Assembly: GCA_965658705.1 (NCBI GenBank)
Contig: CBFHTP010000001.1
Coordinates: 931 to 64,930 of the forward strand
Length of the DNA stretch: 64,000 nt
DNA from: Candidatus Nanopelagicaceae bacterium
GTDB taxonomy: Bacteria; Actinomycetota; Actinomycetes; Nanopelagicales; Nanopelagicaceae
Direction of reading: 5' to 3'
A model generated the notes under the pieces. It saw only the letters and a program-made list of their open reading frames with translations. It ran no database searches and was not told the DNA's origin. Below are positions 50,153 through 60,546 of the stretch, piece after piece. Within the stretch, counting starts at the first letter, position 1, and each line of letters starts with the position of its first letter. The position numbers and the translations under genes were made by a program.

Positions 50153-51750
50153 AGCAGAGTGAGAAGATAGCCGGAAGCGTTGCAAGTTATGTCGACGATC
50201 GGACTGGCGCTGCCGGTTGGGCTAAGAAGAATCTCACCAAGGTCTTCCCTGATCACTGGTCCTTTATGCTCGGTGAAATTGCGCTCTACTCTTTCGTCAT
50301 CTTGCTTCTCTCCGGCACATTCTTAACTTTCTGGTTCGATCCATCGCAGCAAGAAGTTGTCTATAACGGTTCGTACCTGCCGCTGGACCAAGTATCAATG
50401 TCGGCGTCTTACGCCTCCACACTCCACATCTCATTCGATGTACGCGGTGGGCTGCTGATGCGTCAGATCCATCACTGGGCCGCCCTTATCTTTATGGCTG
50501 CGATCGTCGTTCACCTCCTTCGCGTCTTCTTCACTGGGGCGTTCCGCAAGCCACGTGAAGCAAACTGGCTGATCGGAATTGGGCTCTTGACCCTCGGTAT
50601 TGTTGAAGGCTTCCTTGGTTACTCATTACCTGATGATTTGCTCTCTGGAACTGGCATCAGAATCGCCGAAGCAATCATTCAGGCGATCCCGGTGGTTGGC
50701 TCTTATCTCGCCTTCTTTGCTTTCGGCGGAGCATTCCCAGGTCACGTCTTCATTCCAAGAATTTACATCGTTCACGTATTGCTATTACCTGGAATTTTCT
50801 TAGCTCTCATCACCGTTCACTTGATGCTGGTCTGGTATCAAAAGCACACTCAATACCCTGGTCCAGGACGCACCGAAAAGAACGTTGTTGGCTACCCTTT
50901 GATGCCGGTCTACATGGCTAAAGCTGGTGGCTTCTTCTTTATCGTCTTTGGCATAACAGCGCTCCTTGGCGCTATCGCTTCAATCAACCCGATTTGGCTC
51001 TACGGTCCTTACACGCCGGGCCAAATCTCTGCTGGCTCGCAACCCGATTGGTACATGGGCTGGCTTGATGGGTTAGTTCGAGCCGCTCCACCAATAGAAA
51101 CGCACGTCTTTGGTCACACTATTTCCTGGAACATTCTGATTCCAGGTCTGATCATCCCAGGCATTCTCTTTACCGGAATGGCGCTCTATCCATTTATCGA
51201 ATCATGGATGACTGGCGATAAGAAAGAACACCACTTACTAGATCGCCCGCGAAACGTTCCTAATCGAACAGCTCTTGGAGCGATGTCTCTCTCCTTCATG
51301 TTGATCACGCTACTCAATGGCGGTAACGACATCATCGCGACGCATTTCCATCTCACTATCAATGGAATTATGTGGTTTACGCGTATCGGACTCTTCGTTG
51401 TTCCACCGATCGTTTTTGTGATTACCAAAAGAATCTGTCTCTCACTGCAGCGCGCAGATAGAGATCTCGTACTTCATGGCCGCGAAACTGGGCGACTCTT
51501 GATGATGCCAAGTGGTGAATTTGTGGAAGTTCATGAAGAACTCACTGCCGAACGGAAGTGGACTCTGACTCAGCATGCCCAACCTGCTCCACTGTCTGCC
51601 CCGACTGCAGATGCTCGCGGCACCGCTCCAAAGGGTGCGATCCGCAATAAAATTCGTAGCCGCTTTAGCACCGCTCATACCGAACAGGTTGCGGCACCAA
51701 CTGCCAAAGAAGCGACCGCGCTTCATGAACTTGAAGGTGGACACCACTAA
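50149..51750 (+). CDS. qcrB: Cytochrome bc1 complex cytochrome b subunit
   Basis: 533 aa with cytochrome b haem-ligand helices (RQIHHWAALIF..., HLLRVFFTGAFRKPRE). 4-nt overlap with qcrA. Confidence 0.94.
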   Translation: MKQSEKIAGSVASYVDDRTGAAGWAKKNLTKVFPDHWSFMLGEIALYSFVILLLSGTFLTFWFDPSQQEVVYNGSYLPLDQVSMSASYASTLHISFDVRGGLLMRQIHHWAALIFMAAIVVHLLRVFFTGAFRKPREANWLIGIGLLTLGIVEGFLGYSLPDDLLSGTGIRIAEAIIQAIPVVGSYLAFFAFGGAFPGHVFIPRIYIVHVLLLPGIFLALITVHLMLVWYQKHTQYPGPGRTEKNVVGYPLMPVYMAKAGGFFFIVFGITALLGAIASINPIWLYGPYTPGQISAGSQPDWYMGWLDGLVRAAPPIETHVFGHTISWNILIPGLIIPGILFTGMALYPFIESWMTGDKKEHHLLDRPRNVPNRTALGAMSLSFMLITLLNGGNDIIATHFHLTINGIMWFTRIGLFVVPPIVFVITKRICLSLQRADRDLVLHGRETGRLLMMPSGEFVEVHEELTAERKWTLTQHAQPAPLSAPTADARGTAPKGAIRNKIRSRFSTAHTEQVAAPTAKEATALHELEGGHH

Positions 51751-51753
51751 CTC

Positions 51754-52245
51754 GTGCTGATCCGCAGCGCTACACCCGAAGATATCGATGACATACTCGA
51801 TCTGATTCGTGAATTAGCAATCTACGAGAAGGCCGAGGACCAGGCTCTCGCAACCTCGGATCACATCAACTCAGCCCTCTTTGGCTCCTCGCCTACCGCC
51901 TTCTGCGAATTAGTGGTTGATCCATCTGGAGGCATTGCGGGCTTCGCTCTTTGGTTTAAAAATTACTCGACATGGACCGGTACCGCTGGGGTCTACCTCG
52001 AAGATCTCTTTATCCGGCCGCAGTACCGCGGTCAGGGTTATGGAAAATCTTTACTCATACACCTTGCTAAAAAATGTATCGAGAACGGGTGGCAAAGGTT
52101 CCAGTGGTGGGTCCTGGATTGGAACGAGCCAGCGATTGATTTTTATAAGTCACTTGGAGCAGTGCCAATGGATGAATGGACCGTCTATCGAGTTAGTGGC
52201 AAGGCGCTGGAAAAGCTTTCAAACGAACCTATTTCACAGAATTAA
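51754..52245 (+). CDS. GNAT-family N-acetyltransferase
   Basis: 163 aa with a GTG start. The acetyl-CoA motif reads RPQYRGQGYGKSLL. Confidence 0.85.
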   Translation: MLIRSATPEDIDDILDLIRELAIYEKAEDQALATSDHINSALFGSSPTAFCELVVDPSGGIAGFALWFKNYSTWTGTAGVYLEDLFIRPQYRGQGYGKSLLIHLAKKCIENGWQRFQWWVLDWNEPAIDFYKSLGAVPMDEWTVYRVSGKALEKLSNEPISQN

Positions 52246-52640
52246 TGTTGTGAGAGCGAAGGCTTCTCGTACTCCAAAGTAAAACCGAATATTGAGATAA
52301 ATAAGGCCCCAACAGCGATAAGTGTCAGCCACCAACCAACGAGCAACCCTAGGCCTGCTGCACACATCGAGAGCGCAACAGGTAACGGCCACCATGAGTG
52401 GGGCGAATAAAATCCTAGTTCACCTGCGCCGTCAGCAATCTCTGCGCCGAGATGATCCTGCGGAAGCATGCCCATACGACGATCATTAAACCAGACGTAA
52501 AAGCCAACCATGCCTGCTAATGCACCGCTTAGCGTGATGCAGGTGATGCCAACCGCCTCGCCACCAACGAAGTAATAGATGGTCGCGATGAGGAAGTAGA
52601 AAAGCGAAAGACCTAGAAAGAGTCGGAAATTAACTTTCAT
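52242..52640 (-). CDS. ctaF: Cytochrome c oxidase subunit IV (actinobacterial CtaF)
   Basis: The track ORF runs to 52781 inside ctaD. MKVNFRLF at ATG 52640 gives a 132-aa 4-TM protein with a TGATG junction to the ctaD stop. Resembles CtaF (YSPHSWWPL). Confidence 0.85.
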   Translation of the reverse strand: MKVNFRLFLGLSLFYFLIATIYYFVGGEAVGITCITLSGALAGMVGFYVWFNDRRMGMLPQDHLGAEIADGAGELGFYSPHSWWPLPVALSMCAAGLGLLVGWWLTLIAVGALFISIFGFTLEYEKPSLSQH

Positions 52641-54319
52641 CAGTGGGTACTCGCAATCGGATGGTCCGGGTGGTTGAGATCCCAAGCTGGACGTTCTGAT
52701 CGAATACGCGGCATCGACAAGAAATTGTGGCGAGGTGGTGGGCAAGAGGTCGCCCACTCGAGCGACTGCCCATAACCCCACGGATCGTTGACCGTGACCT
52801 TTGGCGAGTTACGGGTGATCCAGATATTCAACAGGAATGGAAGCATCGATAGGGCGAGGAGGAAGGAGCCAACAGTCGATACCTCATTCATAAAAGTAAA
52901 TCCATCGGTCGCTAGATAATCGGCGTATCGACGAGGCATTCCTTTGATACCAAGCCAGTGCTGGATCAGGAAGGTCAAGTGGAAACCAAAGAAGAGCGTC
53001 CAGAAGTGAATCTTTCCTAGGCGCTCGTTCAGCATCTTGCCGGTCATCTTTGGCCACCAGAAATAAAAGCCGCCAAACATCGCGAAGACAACGGTTCCGA
53101 AGAGTACGTAATGGAAGTGTGCGACCACGAAGTAAGAAGCCGAAACTGCGAAGTCCAGCGGCGGGCTTGCGAGAATGATGCCGGTTAAGCCACCAAATAA
53201 GAATGTAATCAAGAAGCCAACGATGAAGAGCATTGGCGTCTCAAAGCTGAGCGAGCCACCCCACATAGTTCCGATCCAGTTAAAGAACTTCACGCCGGTG
53301 GGAACGCCGATCAAGAATGTCATGAATGAGAAGAACGGCAGTAGAACTTGGCCTGATGCGAACATATGGTGAGCCCAGACCGAGACTGAAAGGGCTGAGA
53401 TTCCAATTGTCGCTGCGATCAAACCTTTGTAACCAAAGATTGGTTTGCGGCTAAAGACTGGCAAAATCTCAGTTGCGATACCGAAGAATGGCAGCGCAAG
53501 AATATAAACCTCTGGGTGACCAAAGAACCAGAAGAGATGCTGCCAGAGCATCGCTCCCCCATTGGCAGGATCAAAGATATGTGAACCGAATAATCGATCT
53601 GACTCAAGGCCCAACAAGGCAGCAGCCAAAGGTGGGAATGCAAGCAGAACGAGGATTGATGTCAGGAGAACGTTCCACGAGAAGATTGACATTCTAAACA
53701 TCGTCATTCCTGGTGCACGCATCGTGAAGATAGTAGTGATGAAGTTGACGCCACCAAGGATTGTCCCGATACCGCTAATCGCTAAACCGATAACCCAAAG
53801 ATCCCCACCAATACCTGGCGAATACTGAGCATTAGATAACGGTGCATATGCCGTCCAACCAAACGAGGCAGCTCCACCTGGACTGAGGAATCCTCCAAAA
53901 GCCATGAGTCCACCGAAGAGATAGAGCCAGTACGACAGCATATTAAGTCGCGGAAAAGCCACATCCGCAGCGCCGATCTGCAGCGGCATGATGACGTTAG
54001 CGAATCCAACAAAGAGGGGTGTGGCAAACATTAGCAACATGATCGTTCCGTGCATGGTGAAAATCTGGTTGTACTGCTCTGTGCTTAAAAATTGCATTCC
54101 TGGGCGAGCAAGTTCGGTGCGTAGTAAGAGCGCAAGTATGCCGGCGACCAAGAACCATGAGAAAGATGTGATGAGATACAAATAGCCGATCGTCTTATGA
54201 TCAGTTGATGTTATCCATTTAACAAAGAGTCGACCCTTTGATTGCTTGTAGGGCGCAGCTTGAACTCCTTGGTTTCCTGATTCGAACGGGGCTGTTATCG
54301 GTTGGGCATATGTCGTCAT
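52640..54319 (-). CDS. ctaD: Cytochrome c oxidase subunit I
   Basis: 559 aa; haem-copper oxidase motifs ([15 protein letters not shown]). Confidence 0.96.
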   Translation of the reverse strand: MTTYAQPITAPFESGNQGVQAAPYKQSKGRLFVKWITSTDHKTIGYLYLITSFSWFLVAGILALLLRTELARPGMQFLSTEQYNQIFTMHGTIMLLMFATPLFVGFANVIMPLQIGAADVAFPRLNMLSYWLYLFGGLMAFGGFLSPGGAASFGWTAYAPLSNAQYSPGIGGDLWVIGLAISGIGTILGGVNFITTIFTMRAPGMTMFRMSIFSWNVLLTSILVLLAFPPLAAALLGLESDRLFGSHIFDPANGGAMLWQHLFWFFGHPEVYILALPFFGIATEILPVFSRKPIFGYKGLIAATIGISALSVSVWAHHMFASGQVLLPFFSFMTFLIGVPTGVKFFNWIGTMWGGSLSFETPMLFIVGFLITFLFGGLTGIILASPPLDFAVSASYFVVAHFHYVLFGTVVFAMFGGFYFWWPKMTGKMLNERLGKIHFWTLFFGFHLTFLIQHWLGIKGMPRRYADYLATDGFTFMNEVSTVGSFLLALSMLPFLLNIWITRNSPKVTVNDPWGYGQSLEWATSCPPPRHNFLSMPRIRSERPAWDLNHPDHPIASTH

Positions 54320-54993
54320 CCCTGAACTCCCTTTAACGAAGTTAAATAATTTTGGTAATCAGCGAGCGAAACCACTTTTACGGTAAAGAGCATCTGTGAG
54401 TGGCTTCTTCCACATAAAATATTACAGCGACCAGGGAAGGAGCCAATTTTATTTGCCGTGAATTGCAGGTGATTTTCAACCCCAGGAAGATTCTGCATTT
54501 GGATCATGAATGCCGGAATCCAGAAGCCATGATCGACATCACTTGAAGTGAGAGTGAAGCGAACTGATTCCCCGACTGGCAGGATCAAAGTGGGTGGCTG
54601 GCCAGGTGTTCCGGTAACCGTTTGCTCTGGCCCACTTCCCCCATCCTCGTAGGTGAACTGCCACGACCATTGCATTGCGTTGACATGAATATTATGTGCC
54701 GCGTTGGCAGCCGAAGAGACCTTTGTAATTTTCGCTTCATCGCGTGCGGTGTAAGCAAAGAGCACGGCAACAATCAGAAACGGAATGATTGTAAGAATGA
54801 CTTCAACCTTGTTGTTATGCGCAAATTGACGTGGAATTTCATCATCTGATTTGCGGCGATGGGCTACCACTGGCCACATAATTGCGATGGCTGTGAGCAC
54901 GCCAACCACGCCTGCGGTTATCCATGCACCTTGCCACAGCGGCAGGGTGGTCTCATTGACCGAGGTCAATCCAGATTCAAACCCAAGATTCAT
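54316..54993 (-). CDS. ctaC: Cytochrome c oxidase subunit II
   Basis: Two TM helices plus a cupredoxin domain with CuA ligands H...[12 protein letters not shown]. The track start 55071 would overlap the divergent gene, so I prefer ATG 54993 (MNLGFESG). No cleavable signal or lipobox is visible. Confidence 0.88.
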   Translation of the reverse strand: MNLGFESGLTSVNETTLPLWQGAWITAGVVGVLTAIAIMWPVVAHRRKSDDEIPRQFAHNNKVEVILTIIPFLIVAVLFAYTARDEAKITKVSSAANAAHNIHVNAMQWSWQFTYEDGGSGPEQTVTGTPGQPPTLILPVGESVRFTLTSSDVDHGFWIPAFMIQMQNLPGVENHLQFTANKIGSFPGRCNILCGRSHSQMLFTVKVVSLADYQNYLTSLKGVQG

Positions 54994-55051
54994 GGCCCAA
55001 GGATAACTCTCGCGCTCGCCTACCGTCTCTGCCAAGGGTAACCTTGCCAAG

Positions 55052-56119
55052 GTGGGTTCAATCACAGCCAAATTTCAGAGCGAATCAGCGCTTCATCCAG
55101 CGGCGGCGCAATTTCTTCATGAGGCGTTTTCTGCCGGCTGGGCCGACCCGACAAAAATCCACCAATCTTCCAGGAAGCTCCTCACCTTGGTGGCAGAGGC
55201 CCGACAAATATTTGCCCGTGAGTTGCTAATTCGCGAAGATGAAATCAATTTTCTCGGCGAACCCGCTCTTGGATTTCTTCTTGGGATAAATGGCCTCCAA
55301 TACCAAGGTTCCCTGCTCTATCCCGCGACATCTCGCGCCGAAGTATTGGCCATAGCCGAAAGTAAAGAGTTAGGGCGCAACACCTTGTTACCAGTTGACC
55401 TGGATGGAAATTGGCGAGTGCCAATTGAGCAGACCCCAACCCAAGAAAACCTTCTGGTTTGGCAGAACGCAAATATCGAGACCGGGGCAATATCGTCAGA
55501 TTGCCGAACTGACATCGTATTTGCCGATTGCACCGCTACGCCATTGATCTCGCTGCCAGAAAAATGGGATGCCGCACTCTGGGATTCGAAGAGTTGGATG
55601 GGGCCAGCTGGTCTATCGATCTTTGCAGTCAAGACCGGGGCTGCTTGGCAAAATCCGCTTCCCCATTTTGATCAACGAATTACGCCTGGTGGCGCCAACG
55701 GATTTAACGCTCCCCTTGCCATTGCAAGTGCCATCGCCTTAGAGCACTATCGAAAAGATTTCACGGCTGCTGAGGAGAAGATTCTTCGACTTAATTCGCA
55801 GATTCGTAGCTTCCTTCAATCCGAAATTACCGATGTTGATATAGCTTCACCTCTTGAGGGATTGCCTCACCTTCTCTCTTTTTCAATCTTGTATGTTGAT
55901 GCGGAGCAGTTAGTCGATCAACTAGATCAAGCTGGTTTTGAAATCGATTCTGGTTCAGCCTGTACATCAGCAAACCTTCAGCCAAGTCACGTCCTGGCCG
56001 CAATGGGCAGGTTGACCCAAGGAAATGTTCGTTTAACGCTGCGACCAACGCACACAGACCAAGAAGTCAGCGCATTCTTAATCGCGGTAAAAGATGCGGT
56101 CTTGCGATTACGATCATGA
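55052..56119 (+). CDS. Class V aminotransferase-fold, cysteine desulfurase-like protein (divergent)
   Basis: 355 aa with a GTG start. The C-terminal SGSACTSANLQPSHVLAAMG matches the IscS/NifS catalytic-Cys loop. The PLP-Lys region reads DSKSWMGPAG (register uncertain), and the usual EH(K)AV His region reads SRAEV. Confidence 0.7.
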   Translation: MGSITAKFQSESALHPAAAQFLHEAFSAGWADPTKIHQSSRKLLTLVAEARQIFARELLIREDEINFLGEPALGFLLGINGLQYQGSLLYPATSRAEVLAIAESKELGRNTLLPVDLDGNWRVPIEQTPTQENLLVWQNANIETGAISSDCRTDIVFADCTATPLISLPEKWDAALWDSKSWMGPAGLSIFAVKTGAAWQNPLPHFDQRITPGGANGFNAPLAIASAIALEHYRKDFTAAEEKILRLNSQIRSFLQSEITDVDIASPLEGLPHLLSFSILYVDAEQLVDQLDQAGFEIDSGSACTSANLQPSHVLAAMGRLTQGNVRLTLRPTHTDQEVSAFLIAVKDAVLRLRS

Positions 56120-56328
56120 GAAAGCTTGATTGCCTTGGGACTCTCTGCCCGATTCCAATAATTAAAACCGCAGAATTAATAAAGGAATTAGAAGTTGGAA
56201 GTAATTTCACTTTACTGAGTGATGACCCGGCTACCTGGCCCGATTTACAAGCATGGGCCAGAATGAAGAGCCATCGAGTTGAAAGGGTTTTCGAGCAAGA
56301 GTTCTTAATTACGAAACTAGCGGACTAG
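56116..56328 (+). CDS. TusA/SirA-family sulfurtransferase-like protein
   Basis: 70 aa. LDCLGTLCPIPIIKT carries the CPxP active-site motif. ATGA overlap with the desulfurase-like gene. Confidence 0.82.
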   Translation: MRKLDCLGTLCPIPIIKTAELIKELEVGSNFTLLSDDPATWPDLQAWARMKSHRVERVFEQEFLITKLAD

Positions 56329-56360
56329 CGGACTAGCCGACTAGCCGACTAGCCAAGTAG
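56316..56360. repeat. Tandem 8-bp repeat ACTAGCSG x5 plus a degenerate copy
   Basis: Read directly: ACTAGCGG ACTAGCGG ACTAGCCG ACTAGCCG ACTAGCCA AGTAG. The array starts inside the last codons of the tusA-like gene, whose stop is the TAG of unit 2. It fills the convergent gap to the PfkB kinase stop. Confidence 0.95.
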
Positions 56361-56364
56361 GTAT

Positions 56365-57354
56365 TTAGCCAATGAGTGTTGGTGAAATCTTTGCAAAAAC
56401 TTCGGCCGCTGCAGCTTCGCCAAACGATTCCTTAAAACGCTCCATAAAGAGCGAACCTTCAAAGCGATACTCTTGCGTCCCTACTGTTTCCAGACAAAGT
56501 GTTGCCAACATTCCACCAAGTTCGGCGCAGCGCTCGTGCCCAAATCCCCATGAGAGGCCAGCGAGGAAACCAGCACGAAATGCATCACCCACTCCAGTCG
56601 GGTCAATTTTCGATCTCTCTTGTGCGGCCGGAACTTTGCTCGTCTCTTTCCCGTGCTCTTCGATGCGCACACCATGTGAACCAAGAGTGACGACTCTTAT
56701 TTGCACCTGATCAAATAACTCGGCATCACTCCAACCGGTTTTCTGCAAGATGAGTGCGAGTTCATATTCATTGAGAAAGAGATATTTCGCACCACGAACC
56801 AAGTTCTTCACATCATCGCCCTCCATCCGTGCCAGCTGCTGAGAAGGATCAGCTGCAAATGGGGTCCCAAGAACTCGGCATGCCTCTGAGTGACGCAGCA
56901 TCGCTTCTGGATCATCAGGACTAATAATGATTAAGTCGAGTTGACCAACCTTGGCGATAATTGGCGCCAATTCAATGGTTCTTGCCTCACTCATCGCACC
57001 CGTGAAGAATGATGCGATCTGATTGAGTTTTTGATCTGTGGTCACCATAAAGGTTGCGGTGTGGAGTGTTTCACTCACATGGACATAATCGGTGATGACG
57101 CCATGGCGATTTAACCATGCGCGATAATCATCAAAGTCTTTACCTACTGAGGCGATCAAAATTGGATTGAGCCCGAGCGCCCCCATGCCGAATGCAATAT
57201 TTCCGGCGATGCCACCCCGTCTGATCTCTAGCGTATCAACAAGGAAAGAGAGAGATACCTTGGCAAGTGAACCTTCGACAAGTGAATCGGTAAATTGACC
57301 CGGAAAGGTCATCAGATGATCGCGGGCGATAGAGCCGGCTACTGCAATTTTCAT
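56365..57354 (-). CDS. PfkB-family carbohydrate/nucleoside kinase (adenosine kinase-like)
   Basis: 329 aa; GGIAGN N-terminal motif and DPTGVGDAFRAGF C-terminal motif. Syntenic with mycobacterial adenosine kinase near ctaC (from memory). Confidence 0.82.
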   Translation of the reverse strand: MKIAVAGSIARDHLMTFPGQFTDSLVEGSLAKVSLSFLVDTLEIRRGGIAGNIAFGMGALGLNPILIASVGKDFDDYRAWLNRHGVITDYVHVSETLHTATFMVTTDQKLNQIASFFTGAMSEARTIELAPIIAKVGQLDLIIISPDDPEAMLRHSEACRVLGTPFAADPSQQLARMEGDDVKNLVRGAKYLFLNEYELALILQKTGWSDAELFDQVQIRVVTLGSHGVRIEEHGKETSKVPAAQERSKIDPTGVGDAFRAGFLAGLSWGFGHERCAELGGMLATLCLETVGTQEYRFEGSLFMERFKESFGEAAAAEVFAKISPTLIG

Positions 57355-57422
57355 AGAGCGAAAGGTACGCCCTCACTCCATCAATTGAGTGAAATTAAGA
57401 GAATAAAATCGAGTCGCGTGGA

Positions 57423-57803
57423 TTAGTTAAATGAATCGCCGCATGCACAAGAGCCCTGCGCATTTGGATTATCAATCGTAAATCCTTGCTTCTCGATCGT
57501 GTCAACAAAATCAATGGATGCACCAGAAAGGTATGGGGTACTCATTTTGTCCGTAACAACTTTGACCGCACCGAATGTGGTAATTGTGTCGCCTTCGAGC
57601 GCGCGATCATCAAAGTAGAGTTGGTAACGAAGTCCAGAACAACCACCAGGCTGGACCGCTACACGAAGGGCAAGGTCATCTCGGCCTTCTTGTGTCAGCA
57701 GCGCTTCAACTTTCTGGGATGCAACCTCGGTAAGAAGGATCCCAGTAGCCGTTGATGTTGCAGTTGCAGCGACCGTTGAAATATCAGTTGTCTCAGTATC
57801 CAT
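57423..57803 (-). CDS. erpA: A-type iron-sulfur cluster carrier (HesB/IscA/ErpA family)
   Basis: The track ORF runs to 57941 and overlaps nadA. ATG 57803 (MDTETTD) gives 126 aa. GGCSG...CACGDSF cluster-ligand motifs. Confidence 0.85.
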   Translation of the reverse strand: MDTETTDISTVAATATSTATGILLTEVASQKVEALLTQEGRDDLALRVAVQPGGCSGLRYQLYFDDRALEGDTITTFGAVKVVTDKMSTPYLSGASIDFVDTIEKQGFTIDNPNAQGSCACGDSFN

Positions 57804-57840
57804 AGGAGGAATCTTACAATCTTTCTGCTTAGAATGAGGC

Positions 57841-58983
57841 ATGGCGCTGACTGATCTACTCCTCATGGGTCGTGAATCTGACCTCACCTCTGAGCGTGGC
57901 GTCTCCTGTGATGGCGAGTTGCCCTCTCCCAGCGACCCCAAACTTGTCGCCCGCGCGATCGCTGCTCGAACAGAACTGGGCTCGCGCGCGATCGTTCTTG
58001 GTCATCATTACCAAAGAGATGAAGTTATTCAATTCGCGGACATCACTGGCGACTCATTCAAATTGGCACAAGCCGCGGCTGATAATCCAGAGGCCGAATA
58101 TGTTATTTTTTGTGGCGTTCACTTTATGGCCGAAAGTGCCGACATCCTCACCACGAACGATCAGAAAGTGATTCTTCCCGATTTAGCAGCTGGTTGTTCG
58201 ATGGCGGATATGGCAACTGCTCAGCAAGTCAATGTCGCCTGGCAAGTATTCGAGAAGCTAGGAATTTCAAGCCGGACAATACCTATCACTTATATGAATT
58301 CTTCAGCCGCGATCAAATCTTTCACTGGCAAAAATGGCGGCTCTGTCTGTACCTCCTCTAATGCCGAAAGAGCAATGCGCTGGGCATTCGAAAAGGGTGA
58401 GAAAGTATTTTTCCTGCCAGACCAACATCTTGGTCGCAATACTGCAGTTCAAAAACTCGGCCTCGCTTTGGACGATTGCGTGATCTGGAATCCATGGAAA
58501 CCCAATGGCGGACTGACCGATGATGAAATTGAAACCGCGAAGGTAATTTTGTGGCGCGGGCATTGCTCAGTACACGGCAGGTTCACGAAGCGAAATATCG
58601 AAGAGGTGCGCATAAAGGTTCCGGGCGTTAATATCTTGGTTCATCCAGAGTGTCAGCATGAGGTTGTCACCCATTCTGATTACGTCGGAAGTACCGAATT
58701 CATTATCAGGACAATCGAATCCTCAAAACCTGGTTCGAAATGGGCCATCGGTACCGAACTCAATCTCGTCCAGCGATTAGCTCGAACCTATCCAGATCGC
58801 GAGATCCTCTTTCTGGATAAAACGGTCTGCTACTGCTCAACCATGAACCGAATCGATTTGCCTCATTTGGTCTGGGCCATGGAGTCCCTCGTGGCTGGAC
58901 GCCTGGTCAATCAGATTTCGGTAGAGGCAGAGCAGGCTCACTTCGCAAAAGTTGCGCTGGAGCGAATGCTGGCCCTACCGTGA
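57841..58983 (+). CDS. nadA: Quinolinate synthase
   Basis: 380 aa; GVHFMAE, TYMNSSA, and HPEC motifs plus a late Cys (CYCSTMN). Confidence 0.92.
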   Translation: MALTDLLLMGRESDLTSERGVSCDGELPSPSDPKLVARAIAARTELGSRAIVLGHHYQRDEVIQFADITGDSFKLAQAAADNPEAEYVIFCGVHFMAESADILTTNDQKVILPDLAAGCSMADMATAQQVNVAWQVFEKLGISSRTIPITYMNSSAAIKSFTGKNGGSVCTSSNAERAMRWAFEKGEKVFFLPDQHLGRNTAVQKLGLALDDCVIWNPWKPNGGLTDDEIETAKVILWRGHCSVHGRFTKRNIEEVRIKVPGVNILVHPECQHEVVTHSDYVGSTEFIIRTIESSKPGSKWAIGTELNLVQRLARTYPDREILFLDKTVCYCSTMNRIDLPHLVWAMESLVAGRLVNQISVEAEQAHFAKVALERMLALP

Positions 58984-58987
58984 CCAC

Positions 58988-59515
58988 ATGAGTGAATCAG
59001 AGAAGAAGAACAAGCCAACTCCAAAGCGCAAAGATTCCGAAGCGCTTCTCAATGTAAATGCCTTAACTGCATCAACTACCAAGGAGTCAAAGGCGCGCGA
59101 TAAAGAACTTTCAAAGCAACGTCGCGTCGACTCGCGTGCGGCATACATGCGTGGCGATGAATCAGCTCTTCCCGCCAGAGATAAGGGCCCTGCCCGCAAA
59201 TGGATCAGAGATTACATCGACTCCAAATTTTCAATCGGTGAGTTCTTTCTACCCACCATCATGATCGTTCTGGTCTTTACTGCGATACCAAATAAATTTG
59301 TTCAGTTAATGGCAATCCTCTTTATGTACTCAGCCATGTTCTATTCATTTGTCTCTGCCTTCTTCATGACCCGCAAAATCAAAAAAGAAGTTCAGGTAAG
59401 ATTCCCACAAGAGTCGTTAAAAGGACTTGGCATGTACGGATGGCTTCGCTCAACGCAAATGCGACGTATGAGAGCGCCTTCTCCTCGAGTTAAACGCGGG
59501 GCTTCAATCGCTTAA
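58988..59515 (+). CDS. DUF3043-family membrane protein
   Basis: Preferred start ATG 58988 (MSESEKKNKPTPKRKDSEA). A basic N-terminus is followed by two TM helices, matching the DUF3043 pattern. Confidence 0.7.
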   Translation: MSESEKKNKPTPKRKDSEALLNVNALTASTTKESKARDKELSKQRRVDSRAAYMRGDESALPARDKGPARKWIRDYIDSKFSIGEFFLPTIMIVLVFTAIPNKFVQLMAILFMYSAMFYSFVSAFFMTRKIKKEVQVRFPQESLKGLGMYGWLRSTQMRRMRAPSPRVKRGASIA

Positions 59516-59527
59516 AAGCAATTCTTT

Positions 59528-60529
59528 TTAAGCTCGAGGATTGGGGCTCTGATTCTGCATGGGGTCTTTTTCTGGTAAATCGCCAAGAGTTCGATCAATC
59601 TCGAACATGACATCAGCGCTTAATTTAATCCCTGATGCTTTCACATTCTCTCTTACCTGAGAAGGTTTGGTTGCGCCCATGATGACCGCTGAAACATTTT
59701 GATTTTGAAGAGCCCACGCTAAGGCGAGTTGGCTCATCGATAAATCAACGCTCTTTGCAATCGGTGCGAGCTGTTGGACGGCGGTCAAGACATCATCCCG
59801 CAGCCAGCGAGAAATCATCCCGGCGCCGCTCTTTTTGTCAGTAGCGCGTGAACCAGCCGGTGGCTTTTTGCCGGGCAAGTATTTTCCGGTGAGGACACCT
59901 TGTGCAATAGGTGACCAAACGATCTGGCCAATACCTTCTTTAATAGATAACGGCACAACCTCTTTTTCGATCACTCGCCACAACATGGAGTACTGGGGTT
60001 GGCTGGAAACGAATCGATCAAAACCAAGCTCCTTCTGGATTGTCAGAGCGTTCTTGATCTGATCAGCGTTCCATTCAGAGAAGCCGATGTAATGAATCTT
60101 TCCTTGACGAATCAGGTCATCAAAGGCACGCAACGATTCTTCTACTGGGGTCTCAACATCGAAACGATGCATCTGATAGAGATCGATGTGGTCAGTGTTG
60201 AGGCGCTTCAACGAAGCATGCACAGATTCCATGATGTGTTTGCGAGAGAGGCCGCGGTCATTTTTTCCGGTACCGGTTGGCCAGTAAACCTTGGTGAAGA
60301 GTTCGTAGGATTCACGTTTGACGCCTTTTAGGGCTTTGCCAAGCACAATTTCTGCTCTCGTCCCTGCGTAGACATCAGCGGTATCGAAGGTAGTGATCCC
60401 CTCATCAAGAGCGGCGCGAACACATTTGATTGCGGCAAGCTCTTCTACCTGGGAACCGTGGGTGATCCAGTTTCCGTAGGCGATCTCTGAAACGTACATT
60501 CCGGTACTGCCAAGGCGACGATATTCCAT
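59528..60529 (-). CDS. Aldo/keto reductase
   Basis: 333 aa; AKR catalytic tetrad context (FDTADVY...K...H) and the typical MEYRRLGSTG N-terminus. Confidence 0.9.
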   Translation of the reverse strand: MEYRRLGSTGMYVSEIAYGNWITHGSQVEELAAIKCVRAALDEGITTFDTADVYAGTRAEIVLGKALKGVKRESYELFTKVYWPTGTGKNDRGLSRKHIMESVHASLKRLNTDHIDLYQMHRFDVETPVEESLRAFDDLIRQGKIHYIGFSEWNADQIKNALTIQKELGFDRFVSSQPQYSMLWRVIEKEVVPLSIKEGIGQIVWSPIAQGVLTGKYLPGKKPPAGSRATDKKSGAGMISRWLRDDVLTAVQQLAPIAKSVDLSMSQLALAWALQNQNVSAVIMGATKPSQVRENVKASGIKLSADVMFEIDRTLGDLPEKDPMQNQSPNPRA

Positions 60530-60546
60530 GTCCGGAAGAGTACCCT

